Source: an uncultured Gemmatimonadota bacterium
Lineage (GTDB): Bacteria; SM23-81; DAOVCL01
Direction of reading: 5' to 3'
Assembly (NCBI GenBank): GCA_964626665.1
Contig: CAZVGK010000028.1
Location: 1-45,135 of the forward strand
Length of the DNA: 45,135 bases
The translations under genes and the position numbers were made by a program. The notes below the pieces were generated by a model. It was not told where the DNA came from. It did no database searches and saw only the letters and a list, made by a program, of their open reading frames with translations. Below are positions 20,134 to 29,840 of this stretch, piece after piece. Each line of letters opens with the position of its first letter. Position 1 is the first letter of the stretch.

Positions 20134-20631
20134 TCACCTCCTTTTCATCATATCCTCTATATCCTCCAGGAGAGCCTGGAAGTCTTCCTCGTGTTCCACC
20201 TCATCCTGAAGGATCTGGAGCACCATGTTGTAGGTGAGGGGGTCCTTATCCTTCGTCTTCTCCAGCAACCCCGAATATACCTCTATAGCACACCCCTCCC
20301 CCTCCACACCTTGCTCCAGCACCGCCTTCACATAAGGATCCTCAGGGTTCAGGTAGGCACAGTTGGCGGTCTTTTCCCAACTTCGCGGATCGGTGAGCGG
20401 GGTTCCCCCTAACTGGACCACCCGGTTGGCGATCATATCAGCGTGACGCAGTTCATCGGCAGCGTGCTCGATGAGCTCTGTGATGGCTGCCTCCTTCATT
20501 GGGCCCTTCACCACCTTGGCACCAACCCAATACTGGTAATAGGCAAGCCACTCATCCGCTAAGGCCTTGTTTAGTAGCTCCACCAGCTTGCCTACATCCA
20601 TCCTCACTATTCCCCTGCCTTTTGTTCCCAT
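20134..20631 (-). CDS. Ferritin-like / bacterial DPSL-type protein
   Basis: LADEWLAYYQY, DELRHA, NC.Y, EGCAI and DEVEHEED. Confidence 0.9.
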   Translation of the reverse strand: MGTKGRGIVRMDVGKLVELLNKALADEWLAYYQYWVGAKVVKGPMKEAAITELIEHAADELRHADMIANRVVQLGGTPLTDPRSWEKTANCAYLNPEDPYVKAVLEQGVEGEGCAIEVYSGLLEKTKDKDPLTYNMVLQILQDEVEHEEDFQALLEDIEDMMKRR

Positions 20632-20678
20632 TTCTAATCCTCCTTCGGTTGGAATTAGTTCTCTGGCAATTCCCTCGG

Positions 20679-20870
20679 TTATTCAGTCGGGGCATAGAAA
20701 CACCTCTTTGGCGAAGAGATCATCCCTTTGTTTTTCAGGCCGCTGATCAGCTTGGAGACCTCTTTGCTCTCCAGCCCGGTTAGCTTGACCACATCTCCCG
20801 GTCTCACTGGTTCCCCGGCCCCTCTCCTTGCCTTCAGCACCATCTGCTCCTTATCTGCCATCTCTACCAT
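20679..20870 (-). CDS. Small winged-helix protein (putative regulator)
   Basis: GEPVRPGDVVKLTGLESKEVSKLISGLK..G.I.SPKRCFY wHTH pattern. Confidence 0.75.
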   Translation of the reverse strand: MVEMADKEQMVLKARRGAGEPVRPGDVVKLTGLESKEVSKLISGLKNKGMISSPKRCFYAPTE

Positions 20871-20908
20871 CCCCTTTCCCCATCATTAGGTGGCAAACTC
20901 CTTGCATT

Positions 20909-21892
20909 TCATTTTGGCCCGGCCAGTGCCTCGATATATTGCAACCTCTCGTATAGCTCGGGACGGTCACTCTCCATCTGGCTGAGCTTGCCCCGTATCT
21001 GATCGATGGAGTCAAAACCGTGCTGGCTCATCCAGGCTCTTACCTCCTCCAGAATACGCCCGATCTGCTCTATCCCGTTAATGTATAGTGTAGAGCAGAC
21101 TTGAACGGCTGAGGCTCCCGCCAATAGCTGTTTGATAACCCCAGCCCCATAATGGACACCAGTTGAGGCTGCCAGATCGCAGCTCAGTTTGCCGGCAAGT
21201 AGGGCAATCCAGCGGAGGGAGAGACTCATCTCCTCTGGTGAGCTAAACCCGTATCCTGGGGCCAGTGCAAGCTTCTCGATATCGATGTCAAACTGATAGA
21301 AACGGTTGAAGAGAACAAGGGCCGAGGCACCACGTCTACAAAGTTCCCAAGCCATTCGTGCCATGGAGGTAAAGTAAGGACCTATCTTCACTGCAATCGG
21401 GATCCCAATGCGCCACTTCACCTTTTCAAAGATCTCCAGGTAGAGGCCCTCGATCTCCTTGCTGCTCCGCTGCGGGTCGCTGGGCATCACCGCCATGTTC
21501 AGCTCCAAACCGTCTGCTCCCGCGCCAGCGACCTGCTTTGCATAATCGCTCCACCACTTGGGCGAGACGCAATTCATGCTGGCGATTATCGGTATGGAGA
21601 CCGCCTTCTTCGCCTCTTCTATCAGTTTCAGGTATCCCCGTGGCCCCAGGGCCATACCCATCTTTCGCACATATTCGCGCGCCTCAGTATGGCCGGGCAG
21701 CCAGGATCCTTCCCCCAACTCCCTGGTCTCCGCCTCTATCTGCTCCTCAAAGAGAGACTTGAGAACAATGCCGCCAGCCCCGGCAGCGGCGCAGCGACGC
21801 ACGCCCTCTAAGCTCCTCACCAGACTGCAACTGGCCACAATAAGTGGATTAGGTAAATCTAATCCCATATACTTTGTGGAAAGGTCCACCAT
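20909..21892 (-). CDS. Dihydroorotate dehydrogenase-like flavoprotein
   Basis: DLSTKYMGL.L.NPL, VLKSLFEEQI, LELN, VKIGPYF, VLFNRFYQ and K.LLAGA..VQ. Confidence 0.9.
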   Translation of the reverse strand: MVDLSTKYMGLDLPNPLIVASCSLVRSLEGVRRCAAAGAGGIVLKSLFEEQIEAETRELGEGSWLPGHTEAREYVRKMGMALGPRGYLKLIEEAKKAVSIPIIASMNCVSPKWWSDYAKQVAGAGADGLELNMAVMPSDPQRSSKEIEGLYLEIFEKVKWRIGIPIAVKIGPYFTSMARMAWELCRRGASALVLFNRFYQFDIDIEKLALAPGYGFSSPEEMSLSLRWIALLAGKLSCDLAASTGVHYGAGVIKQLLAGASAVQVCSTLYINGIEQIGRILEEVRAWMSQHGFDSIDQIRGKLSQMESDRPELYERLQYIEALAGPK

Positions 21893-21964
21893 AGTATAAC
21901 CTCCTTCTTTATCTCTCGATGATTTCGGATGAAATGCTCACTGCACCTCCCGCACTATCCCTTC

Positions 21965-23566
21965 TCAGAATATGCGTTTGGGCTCTGTGGCTATATCCAC
22001 CAGCGCAGGTTTGGGTGAGGCAAGTGCCTCCTGCAAAGCCCCCTTGAGTTGCTCCGACCGCTTTACCTTCCATCCCTCTCCGCCACAGTTTCTGGCATAG
22101 GCGGCAAAGTCGGGGTTGGTCAGCTCAGTGGCGAATGGGGGGTATCCCTCCGCCCTCTGCTCCACGGTGATCATCGCTAACTCCTGGTTGTTCAAGAGGA
22201 CAACGGTAAGATCGAGCTTGTTCTTCACCGCGGTGAGAAAGTCGCCCATCACCTGGGTGAACCCCCCGTCACCAGTGAGGCAGATGACCTGCCTCTTGGG
22301 CTGGGCGAGTGTGGCGACCAGCCCACCAGGGAGGCCAAACCCCATACTGCCTAAGTAGCCGGACATCAGCAGCCCCTGTTCATCTTTCATCTGGAAGTTT
22401 CTGCCGAACCAAAACCCATTGTCCCCCACATCCAGCGAGATGATGGCGTTGGGGGCTGCTAAATCCTCCAGGAGCTTCATTATGTACTGGGGCCTGAGCG
22501 GGACCGCCTGAGGGTCAGCTTCCCTTTCCAGCTTTTCCTCCCAATCAGCTTTGAGTCCTTTCACCTCATCCATAAACTTCCGCTGGCTTTTGGCTTCCAC
22601 TAAGCCAATCAGCTTGGGGATTACCAACCGATTATCACCCCAAAGACCTAACTTCACCGGAAAACTTTTCGCTACCTTCATCGGATTTAGATCTACTTGG
22701 ACGATGGGGATCTCCCGGGGAATGTCCGTCTGTTCGGAGAAGGAGGAGCCGAAGACGATGAGCAGGTCGGCATGGTTGACCACCTGGCGGGCAGGCTGGG
22801 TGCCGGTATGGCCCAAAACCCCCAGTGATAATTGACTGGCTTCAGATATTATACCCTTGGCGCGGAAGGTTGTGGCTATGGGAGCAAGGATCTTCTTGGC
22901 CAACTTCAACAGATCCCCCTTGGCCTGCTTGGCCCCCCATCCCGCGATGATCACCGGCCTCTCCGCCTGGTTGATTAGGGCAGCTGCTTGCTTTAGGGCC
23001 TTTTCAGGGGGTTCAATGGAGAGGGCGGGAAAAGACCCTTCCCAGGGCTGCGGCTGAGCCTCCCAGGGCTGCTTCTGCACATCATTGGGGACGGCCAGAT
23101 GGGCCACCCCTCCCTCGGTGAGGGCATGTTTCAAGGCCAGGGTAACCAGCTCCCTGGTCTGTTCCTTGGCATTGATCGTTTTGTTAAAGACAGATACCGG
23201 ATGAAACAGGGCATCCTGGTCGATCTCCTGGAAACTCCCTGGCCCCACATATTGCAATTTAACCTGGCCTGTGAGGGCCAGAACCGGGGCCCGATCCATC
23301 TGGGCATCATAAAGCCCGGTGATCAGATTTGTGGCCCCCGGCCCGGCTATGGTTAAACAGACCCCCACCCGGCCGGTCAGCTTGGCATAGGCTGAGGCCA
23401 TAAATGCGGCCACCTCCTCATGCCGCACCTGGATAAACCTCACCCGCTCACTCCGCCGCAAGGCATCCACCAACCCCAGAGCAGATGTCCCCGGCAGACC
23501 GAAGACCCACTCCACCCCCCAAGCTGCTAACTGTTTTATGATGACATCGGAGACCGTGCTTTCCAT
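21965..23566 (-). CDS. Thiamine pyrophosphate-dependent enzyme (pyruvate oxidase/PoxB-like)
   Basis: RHEEVAAFMA, GPGATN, GSFQEID, SMGFGLPG and the GDGG...NN TPP motif. Confidence 0.9.
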   Translation of the reverse strand: MESTVSDVIIKQLAAWGVEWVFGLPGTSALGLVDALRRSERVRFIQVRHEEVAAFMASAYAKLTGRVGVCLTIAGPGATNLITGLYDAQMDRAPVLALTGQVKLQYVGPGSFQEIDQDALFHPVSVFNKTINAKEQTRELVTLALKHALTEGGVAHLAVPNDVQKQPWEAQPQPWEGSFPALSIEPPEKALKQAAALINQAERPVIIAGWGAKQAKGDLLKLAKKILAPIATTFRAKGIISEASQLSLGVLGHTGTQPARQVVNHADLLIVFGSSFSEQTDIPREIPIVQVDLNPMKVAKSFPVKLGLWGDNRLVIPKLIGLVEAKSQRKFMDEVKGLKADWEEKLEREADPQAVPLRPQYIMKLLEDLAAPNAIISLDVGDNGFWFGRNFQMKDEQGLLMSGYLGSMGFGLPGGLVATLAQPKRQVICLTGDGGFTQVMGDFLTAVKNKLDLTVVLLNNQELAMITVEQRAEGYPPFATELTNPDFAAYARNCGGEGWKVKRSEQLKGALQEALASPKPALVDIATEPKRIF

Positions 23567-23637
23567 GAGAGCTTAACCTCCTCTTACCTCAATTACCAGA
23601 CCCTTAGCTAATGATGTGGGGACAATTGGCTTTGATG

Positions 23638-24024
23638 TCATTTCTTATCTTGCTTTTCCCTATAGTCCTTAATCGCCTCGTGCAGGGCATCTGCCGCCAG
23701 ATTGGAACAGTGCATCTTCTGCGGAGGAAGGCCATCGAGTTCATCGGCCACATCATTACGGGTAACCTTGATCGCCTGGTCGATGGGCATTCCCTTCACC
23801 ATCTCGGTGACCATACTGCTGGTTGCTATGGCAGAACCGCAGCCAAAGGTCTTGAACTTTATCTCGGTGACCACATCATCCTTCACCTTGATGAACATCT
23901 CCATCAGATCCCCACACACGGGATTCCCCACCTTTCCATATCCATCTGCATTTTCTATGGTGCCCACATTTCTGGGATTCATAAAATGATCCAAAACCTT
24001 TTTGCTATATCCTATATCCGCCAT
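23638..24024 (-). CDS. iscU: Fe-S cluster scaffold IscU/NifU-N
   Basis: YSKKVLDHF.NPRN, GNPVCGD, FGCGSAIA and LPPQKMHCS. Confidence 0.96.
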   Translation of the reverse strand: MADIGYSKKVLDHFMNPRNVGTIENADGYGKVGNPVCGDLMEMFIKVKDDVVTEIKFKTFGCGSAIATSSMVTEMVKGMPIDQAIKVTRNDVADELDGLPPQKMHCSNLAADALHEAIKDYREKQDKK

Positions 24025-24042
24025 TTAAATACCTCCTTCATC

Positions 24043-25197
24043 CTATAAAGCTGAAAGCTTCCGCAACCTCTCCACCGTTTCCTGCACCGCATCTACAATG
24101 ATGGGAACCTCCTCTAACTTATTGGCTTGTCCCAGGGTGAGCACCATTGAGCCGTGTGCCTCCTCATGTTTCAACCCTATTGCCAAGAGCACATGTGAGG
24201 GTTCCAGGGTTTTGGAGGAACAGGCCGATCCTGTAGCCACTTGAATGTTATGGCGCATATCCATATTTAACAGGATGCTTTCTCCCTCAATCCGAGAGAA
24301 GCGAAAGCTCGCATGATGGGGAAGCCTCTCCGTGGGATGGCCGGTGAGATAGGCTTCCTTGATCTTCAATATTTCACTGATCAGTTTGTCTCTCATTCTT
24401 TTAAATCTCTTGCTCTCCTCACCAATTTCAGTCTGGGCAATCCTCGCCGCCTCTCCCATTCCCGCAATGGCAAAGAGGTTCTCCGTCCCGGACCTCAGCC
24501 CCATCTCCTGCCCGCCACCGGGGAGGATGGGTTGCAGCCTCAACCCTGGCCTTATGTAGAGGGCACCAGCCCCCGGGGGGCCAGAGAGGTCGTTGGAGGA
24601 TAGGGTAAGCAAGTCTATCCTATCGGCTTGCACATCTATCGGTATGCGACCTCCGGCAGCGGTGGCATCGCAATGAAGATAGAGGCTCTTCTCGTGGACT
24701 AGCTGCGCTATTTCCCTTATCGGCTCTATTGTGCCAATTTCGCTGTTGGCCAACATTATTGCGGTCACTATGGTATCGCCTATAAGGATAGCGTTCAGCT
24801 TGCCCATATCGACTATACCAACAGAGTCAACCGGCACGAGGTTAAACTGAAAACCGCCCTTCTGCAGCTCCTTCATTGGATTGAGAACGGAGATGTGCTC
24901 AATGGAACTGGCCAATACCTTTCTCCCCTTACCCGCATTACGCAAGGCAGTTCCCTTGATGGCCAAGTTGTTCGCCTCGGTGGCTCCGCTGGTGAATATA
25001 ATACTTTCCGGTTTCTCCGCATTGATCAGCTCAGCCACCTTCTCCCTGGCTTCCTCCAACGCCCTCTTTGCCTGCAAGCCCGCCGAGTGGAGGGAGGAGG
25101 GATTTCCAAAGCTTCGCTCTAAATATGGTTGGGCAAACTTCAGCACCCGCGGGTCAACTGGCATAGAGGAGGCGTGATCTAAGTATATCCCTTTCAT
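24043..25197 (-). CDS. iscS: IscS/NifS-like protein with the PLP-lysine replaced by Asp
   Basis: FGNPSS.H, TSGATEANN, EH.SV, GGGQE.GLRSGT and TGSACSS are retained. The canonical S-x-H-K-x-x-G-P-K-G reads SSNDLSGPPG (GAC at 24589-24591). Confidence 0.92.
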   Translation of the reverse strand: MKGIYLDHASSMPVDPRVLKFAQPYLERSFGNPSSLHSAGLQAKRALEEAREKVAELINAEKPESIIFTSGATEANNLAIKGTALRNAGKGRKVLASSIEHISVLNPMKELQKGGFQFNLVPVDSVGIVDMGKLNAILIGDTIVTAIMLANSEIGTIEPIREIAQLVHEKSLYLHCDATAAGGRIPIDVQADRIDLLTLSSNDLSGPPGAGALYIRPGLRLQPILPGGGQEMGLRSGTENLFAIAGMGEAARIAQTEIGEESKRFKRMRDKLISEILKIKEAYLTGHPTERLPHHASFRFSRIEGESILLNMDMRHNIQVATGSACSSKTLEPSHVLLAIGLKHEEAHGSMVLTLGQANKLEEVPIIVDAVQETVERLRKLSAL

Positions 25198-25207
25198 ACC
25201 ATCATCC

Positions 25208-25567
25208 TTAGAAGCTGAGGATGGCAGTGGCGTCCAGGGCGAGGTCGTTGAGGGTGGCTGCCCCTACTATCTTTGCCTGGGGAATGAAGTCCCCCCTGGA
25301 TATGCCCAGGAGCTGGGTGCTTTGCTCGCAGACGAAGAGCTTCACCCCAGCGGCTAATGCCTGATCCATAACCTCTCGCAAACTGGGGAAATCCCCTAAC
25401 TTCACCCTTTCTGCCTCCCCCTTCTTGACCACTGTGACCCCCTTTATCAGGAAGTAGATCTCTGCCGCCACTCCCATATTGGCCGCAGTAGTGGCCAGAA
25501 TAAAGGGGGCATACAACCTCTCCGGAATATCTACCCCATTCGTCTGGATGTAGAGGATCCTCTCCAT
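25208..25567 (-). CDS. DsrE/DsrF family sulfur-relay protein
   Basis: YAPFILA..A, IYFLIKGV, GVKLFVCEQS (conserved Cys) and IVGAATL. Confidence 0.88.
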   Translation of the reverse strand: MERILYIQTNGVDIPERLYAPFILATTAANMGVAAEIYFLIKGVTVVKKGEAERVKLGDFPSLREVMDQALAAGVKLFVCEQSTQLLGISRGDFIPQAKIVGAATLNDLALDATAILSF

Positions 25568-25576
25568 TTTGCCCTC

Positions 25577-25825
25577 CTATTTCATCCTCTTTAGGTAAAA
25601 AGTCAAAACCGTCCCCTCCCTCTCAAATTTGAGCAGTGCCTGTCCCGCCCTTTTTGCCCACCGCTTTATGTCCTCCTCGGCGGCGGGGTCATCGGCCACT
25701 ACCTTGAGCACCTGGCCCACCTCCATATTTTCCATCTCCTCCTTGGTCAGAGAAATGGGCATAGGGCAGTAGAGACCCAGACAGTCCAATTCTGCATCTG
25801 CCACAACATCTGGAGACATCATCAT
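25577..25825 (-). CDS. tusA: TusA/SirA family sulfurtransferase
   Basis: LDCLGLYCPMP, GQVLKVVADDPAAEEDI..W. Start probably at the ATG run near 25825. Confidence 0.92.
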   Translation of the reverse strand: MMMSPDVVADAELDCLGLYCPMPISLTKEEMENMEVGQVLKVVADDPAAEEDIKRWAKRAGQALLKFEREGTVLTFYLKRMK

Positions 25826-25911
25826 TATCCCCCTTGAAATTTTCGCGTCCCCCTCGGTAAGCTCTAAGGCCATCTACTCACAAACATGAGACGAGCGGGC
25901 GAATCCCCTAA

Positions 25912-26142
25912 TCAAAGGGCAACAACCTCTTTCACTTCAGGCACTTCTTGCTTTATTGCCCTTTCAATGCCTATCTTCAAGGTTATCTGGCTCATGGGAC
26001 ATCCTTGGCAAGCACCGGTTAGCCTTAGAGTTACCACGCCATCCGGGCTGACCCTCACTAACTCCACATCTCCGCCATCAGCCTGCAAAGATGGCTTGAT
26101 TCTCCTGAGAGCGGATTTGACTCTCTCTTTCACCTCTTTCAT
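25912..26142 (-). CDS. NifU-C / NfuA-like Fe-S carrier
   Basis: IKPSLQADGGDVEL, LTGACQGCPMS.ITLK.GIE. Confidence 0.95.
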   Translation of the reverse strand: MKEVKERVKSALRRIKPSLQADGGDVELVRVSPDGVVTLRLTGACQGCPMSQITLKIGIERAIKQEVPEVKEVVAL

Positions 26143-26279
26143 CTTTTCCTCCCCATATCTGTCTGCCCTTAAGTTCGCCCGTCACGGGGGACCCAAATAG
26201 CCACCTGGCTTGGCGCGCACTGAAAAGCACCTAATGTGGCTATCCATCCCAAATTAACAAGCATCCCTGGAGAAACCTC

Positions 26280-26807
26280 TCAGAAGGTCCATTCCTCTCT
26301 CTCAAACCACTGGGCCGGGTTCTCTAAGAGCTGCAGGGAATTGTCCAGGATCTGATAGTGCTCCCACTCCATATCAGCCATAAAAAGGTAAAAGTGCTTA
26401 GCCTTATTGTCCGATGATTCCTCAGCCTTTTTCTGGTAGAAACCAGCCAGCTTGTCCTCGATATCTCGCGCCGATCGATAGGCCTCCAAATCATCGGCAT
26501 CTGCCCTCACCGTTTGGTCTATCCTCTCCCGCAGCTTTTGGAAGATGGTCTTGAATGTATCGATGGCTTCCCCCTTCTTCGGCAACACCTTCTCAACCGA
26601 CTCCCATCTCCCCTTCTCCATAAGTGAGGAGTAGAACTTATCAATGGCCTTCATATGCTCCAGCTCCCAATCGGCCAGGGCACGGAAGGTCTCCTTGGCC
26701 AACGGATGAGACGCTTTTCCCTGAGCTTTTAGGTAGAACTTGCGTCCGTCCTTCTCCATCTGCAGGGCCAACCGCAAAGCGTGTAGATCCTCTTTCCTTG
26801 AATCCAT
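26280..26807 (-). CDS. Rubrerythrin-like ferritin-family protein (no rubredoxin domain)
   Basis: ALQMEKDG..FY, WELEH, IEDK...FY and MEWEH. Confidence 0.88.
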   Translation of the reverse strand: MDSRKEDLHALRLALQMEKDGRKFYLKAQGKASHPLAKETFRALADWELEHMKAIDKFYSSLMEKGRWESVEKVLPKKGEAIDTFKTIFQKLRERIDQTVRADADDLEAYRSARDIEDKLAGFYQKKAEESSDNKAKHFYLFMADMEWEHYQILDNSLQLLENPAQWFEREEWTF

Positions 26808-26932
26808 TGTATTTACCTCCTTACTCTAAGTTTTTTCCTTTGCTTACGATATAGCTTCCCCTTTCCTTATCCATTGGTGATCATATTTTCCCTTTTGGGA
26901 AAGGGCAGCTCCGAAGAGACGACTTAAACCTT

Positions 26933-28141
26933 TTACCTCTCTTCCGGTGTATATCCAACTTCCCGGATGGCTTCCTCAACTTCTTTTAGGCTTAAGTCAC
27001 CATCCACTCCCACAGTCTTCTCTCCCAGATCAACCAGCACCCCTTTGACCCCGGCCATACCGCGCAGCTTGTTCTCAATGATCATTCGGCAATGTTTGCA
27101 GGTCATATCCGGAACCCATAACTTGTATCTCATTGGCTTCGTCTCCTTTTTCCCTTCATAGAATCCCCTGAGGATAAGGAGAAAGAGGATCCCCCCAGTT
27201 AAAAATTGAAAGAACGGGGGAAGCCCGCTTCCCTGCGGGGAGATGAGGCCCACACCCCCCCCCAACCTCAACCAAAAAAGGTTGAAAATCCATCCGATAA
27301 GCAGGGAAATCAGGATGATGAAGGAAAGGTAGATATAGAAAGCGCGGCGACCCAGTCTGGAGTAGACAAAGGAGAGGGTCACCGTATTGGTTGCCGGACC
27401 AGCAATGAGAAAGACCAGAGCTGACCCAGGAGAAAAACCTTTGCTAATCAGGGCGGCGGCAATGGGAATGGAGCCTGTGGCACAGACATAGAGGGGAATC
27501 CCCAGGGCCAGCATCACTAGGAACTGCAGGGAGAGGGAGGAAAGATAGCGGGTGAAAAGATGCGGGGGGATGATCGCGGTGAGGACCCCACCAGCCACCA
27601 CCCCTATCAGGAGCCATTTCCCGATCTCCGCGGCCAGTTCCAAAAAGCCATAGCGGAAGACCTCCCTCACCTTAAAGGAGGGGGGCAACTGAGGATGGCG
27701 ATGCCCACTGAACTTCCTTTTTCCTTCTGGATTGAAGAGCCAGTTAAAAGCTCCAATAGTTATCCCGGTAAGAAAGGCGGCCAGGGGGCGAAAGATGGCA
27801 AAGAGGGGACCCAGGAGGGAATAGGTGGCAAAAAAAGAGTCTACCCCAGTTGTGGGGGTGGATACCAAAAAGGAGAGAACTGAGCTCTTGCTGGCTCCCT
27901 CCCTCCTGAGGGATGCGGCCACCGGGATGACCCCACAGGAGCAGAGGGGAAGGGGAATACCGAAGAGGGTGGCTTTGAGGACAGACCTGGGCCCCCCTCC
28001 ACCCAGATGCCGCCCCACAAACCCCTCTCCCAAGAAGGAGTGCAGCCCCCCGGCGATGAGCATACCCAAAAGCAGGTAAGGGGAAAGGGCCAGCCACAAC
28101 CTAACGGACTCTCTCAAAACATTGTAAATTAAGTTGAACAT
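26933..28141 (-). CDS. DUF318/ArsP-like permease with C-terminal HMA domain (SO_0444-type metal efflux)
   Basis: GIPLPLCSCGVIP, PLYVCATGSIP, L.AGPATN and C-terminal MTCKHC. Confidence 0.9.
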   Translation of the reverse strand: MFNLIYNVLRESVRLWLALSPYLLLGMLIAGGLHSFLGEGFVGRHLGGGGPRSVLKATLFGIPLPLCSCGVIPVAASLRREGASKSSVLSFLVSTPTTGVDSFFATYSLLGPLFAIFRPLAAFLTGITIGAFNWLFNPEGKRKFSGHRHPQLPPSFKVREVFRYGFLELAAEIGKWLLIGVVAGGVLTAIIPPHLFTRYLSSLSLQFLVMLALGIPLYVCATGSIPIAAALISKGFSPGSALVFLIAGPATNTVTLSFVYSRLGRRAFYIYLSFIILISLLIGWIFNLFWLRLGGGVGLISPQGSGLPPFFQFLTGGILFLLILRGFYEGKKETKPMRYKLWVPDMTCKHCRMIIENKLRGMAGVKGVLVDLGEKTVGVDGDLSLKEVEEAIREVGYTPEER

Positions 28142-28142
28142 C

Positions 28143-29324
28143 TCATCCTTTTCCGAGGATTTCTGCCAACTTGTTCCCCTGTTCCCTCACTCCAGCCAGC
28201 TCCCGCTCATCCGGCACCCACTGTAGCTTCACTCCGGGGAAGGGGATCTGCCAACCCAGCTCCTCCATCACCTTCTCTATCTCCCCCACGGCCTGCCCTC
28301 CCCAACCATAGGAGCCAAAGGCAAAGCCGATCCTCTTCTGGGGCCGCAAACCCTTCAGATAGGTGAGGAAAGCTCCCATAGTGGGGAGTAGCCCGTTGTT
28401 TAGGGTGGGTGAACCCACCAGGATAAGCCGAGAACTGAGCACATCAGTCATTATATCGGAGATGTGGTTGGTCTTTAGGTTCCTTAGCGTCACGGGCAGA
28501 CTCTCGGCTTCCAGACCCTCCCGCAGGATATGGGCCATCCTTTCGGTTGACCCCCACATCGTGTCATAGACGATCAAGGCCTTCCTTTGCGACTCATATT
28601 CTGCCCATCCTTGGTAGGCTTCCAGGATTTGAGGCAGGAACCCCCGCCAGATGAGCCCATGGCTGGGAGCGACCATATCGATATCCAAACCAGAGAGGGC
28701 ATCCAACGCCTTCTGCACCTGGTCACCATAGGGAAGGACGATGTTGGCATAATATTTGGCCGCTTCCTCATAGGCGATGCCCCAGCCGATCTCATCATCA
28801 AATCTCTCCGCAGTGGCAATATGCTGCCCAAAGGCATCATTGGGCAAAAGCAGTTTCTCCTGGAGGATGTAGGTGGCCATTGAATCCGGCCAGTGGACCA
28901 TAGGGGTGAGGAGAAACTGTAGGGTATGTCGCCCGATGCTGAGCGTATCACCGGACTTGACCACCTGAAAGTCCCAATCCGCCCTGAAGTGTCCTCTCAA
29001 CCCCTTTTGGCCTTGAGGTGAGGTAATCACCTTGGCCCGCGGGGCAAGTTCCAATATCCTGCAGATGCCTCCCGAGTGATCCATCTCCACATGGTTGGAA
29101 ATGATGTATTCGATCTGGAAGGGATCGACAACCTCTCGAATGCGGGAAAGCATCTCATCGAAGAGATAATGCTTAACGGTGTCCACCAAAACTATCTTCT
29201 CATCGACGATCAGATAGGAGTTGTAGGTGGAACCCCTCTGGGTGAGGTAGCCATGGAAATTGCGCAGATCCCAATCGATCCCCCCCACCCAGTAGACTCC
29301 TGGTTTTATCTCCACAGGTTTCAT
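28143..29324 (-). CDS. fprA: Flavodiiron protein (FprA/ROO; O2/NO reductase)
   Basis: G.TYNSYL, HVEMDHSG, HWPD, NDAFGQH and SHG; flavodoxin domain YDTMWGST and FGSYGW. Confidence 0.96.
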   Translation of the reverse strand: MKPVEIKPGVYWVGGIDWDLRNFHGYLTQRGSTYNSYLIVDEKIVLVDTVKHYLFDEMLSRIREVVDPFQIEYIISNHVEMDHSGGICRILELAPRAKVITSPQGQKGLRGHFRADWDFQVVKSGDTLSIGRHTLQFLLTPMVHWPDSMATYILQEKLLLPNDAFGQHIATAERFDDEIGWGIAYEEAAKYYANIVLPYGDQVQKALDALSGLDIDMVAPSHGLIWRGFLPQILEAYQGWAEYESQRKALIVYDTMWGSTERMAHILREGLEAESLPVTLRNLKTNHISDIMTDVLSSRLILVGSPTLNNGLLPTMGAFLTYLKGLRPQKRIGFAFGSYGWGGQAVGEIEKVMEELGWQIPFPGVKLQWVPDERELAGVREQGNKLAEILGKG

Positions 29325-29544
29325 AGATCACCTCCGGCAAAAATTATCGCCACACCCCCCATTATTCTCAATATCTGGCATCCATTCTGAACTCAGCGAT
29401 GTCAAACCAAAATCCAGAATTGGAGACATAATCAAGCTGTGCCTGCAACAAATCATAATGATATTCTTCCTCTTGTCTTATCTTTGTAAATATCCTTTTG
29501 GCAAGTGGGTCACCCGTTTCTTCCGCAACCTTATTAAAAAATTC

Positions 29545-29840
29545 GGTTCATCTCCATTTTAGTTGAAGGGATAAATCACCACTTTGCAGTTGGTTATCCA
29601 AAATATGAAATCTCAGATCATCAATATTTACGGTTTGAAATTCACTAAGTCCCTGTTTTTCAAAGTCATAAAGCGAGGAATTTCGTAAAACCTATCAAAA
29701 TGCCAACTGTTTAATTGATAATGACTTAGGAATTTGGAAACTCTGTGATTTCGTGTATTGTGACCGAAATAGATTGTTACTTAACCTCCAGTTATTCCTG
29801 ATGTTATAAGAACTTGCTTCAACTAAAATGGAGAAGAGCC
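29545..29840. mobile_element. 296 bp MITE with ISL3-like terminal inverted repeats
   Basis: TIRs GGTTCATCTCCATTTTAGTTGAAG and GGCTCTTCTCCATTTTAGTTGAAG (22/24). Flanks aaaaattc and caaaattc look like a 7/8 bp target duplication. No transposase inside. Confidence 0.8.

Noticed and set aside
20891-20906. Sigma-54-like TGGCA-N6-TTGCA motif
   Set aside because: On the plus strand, pointing antisense into the DHOD-like gene with no sense gene downstream; probably chance.
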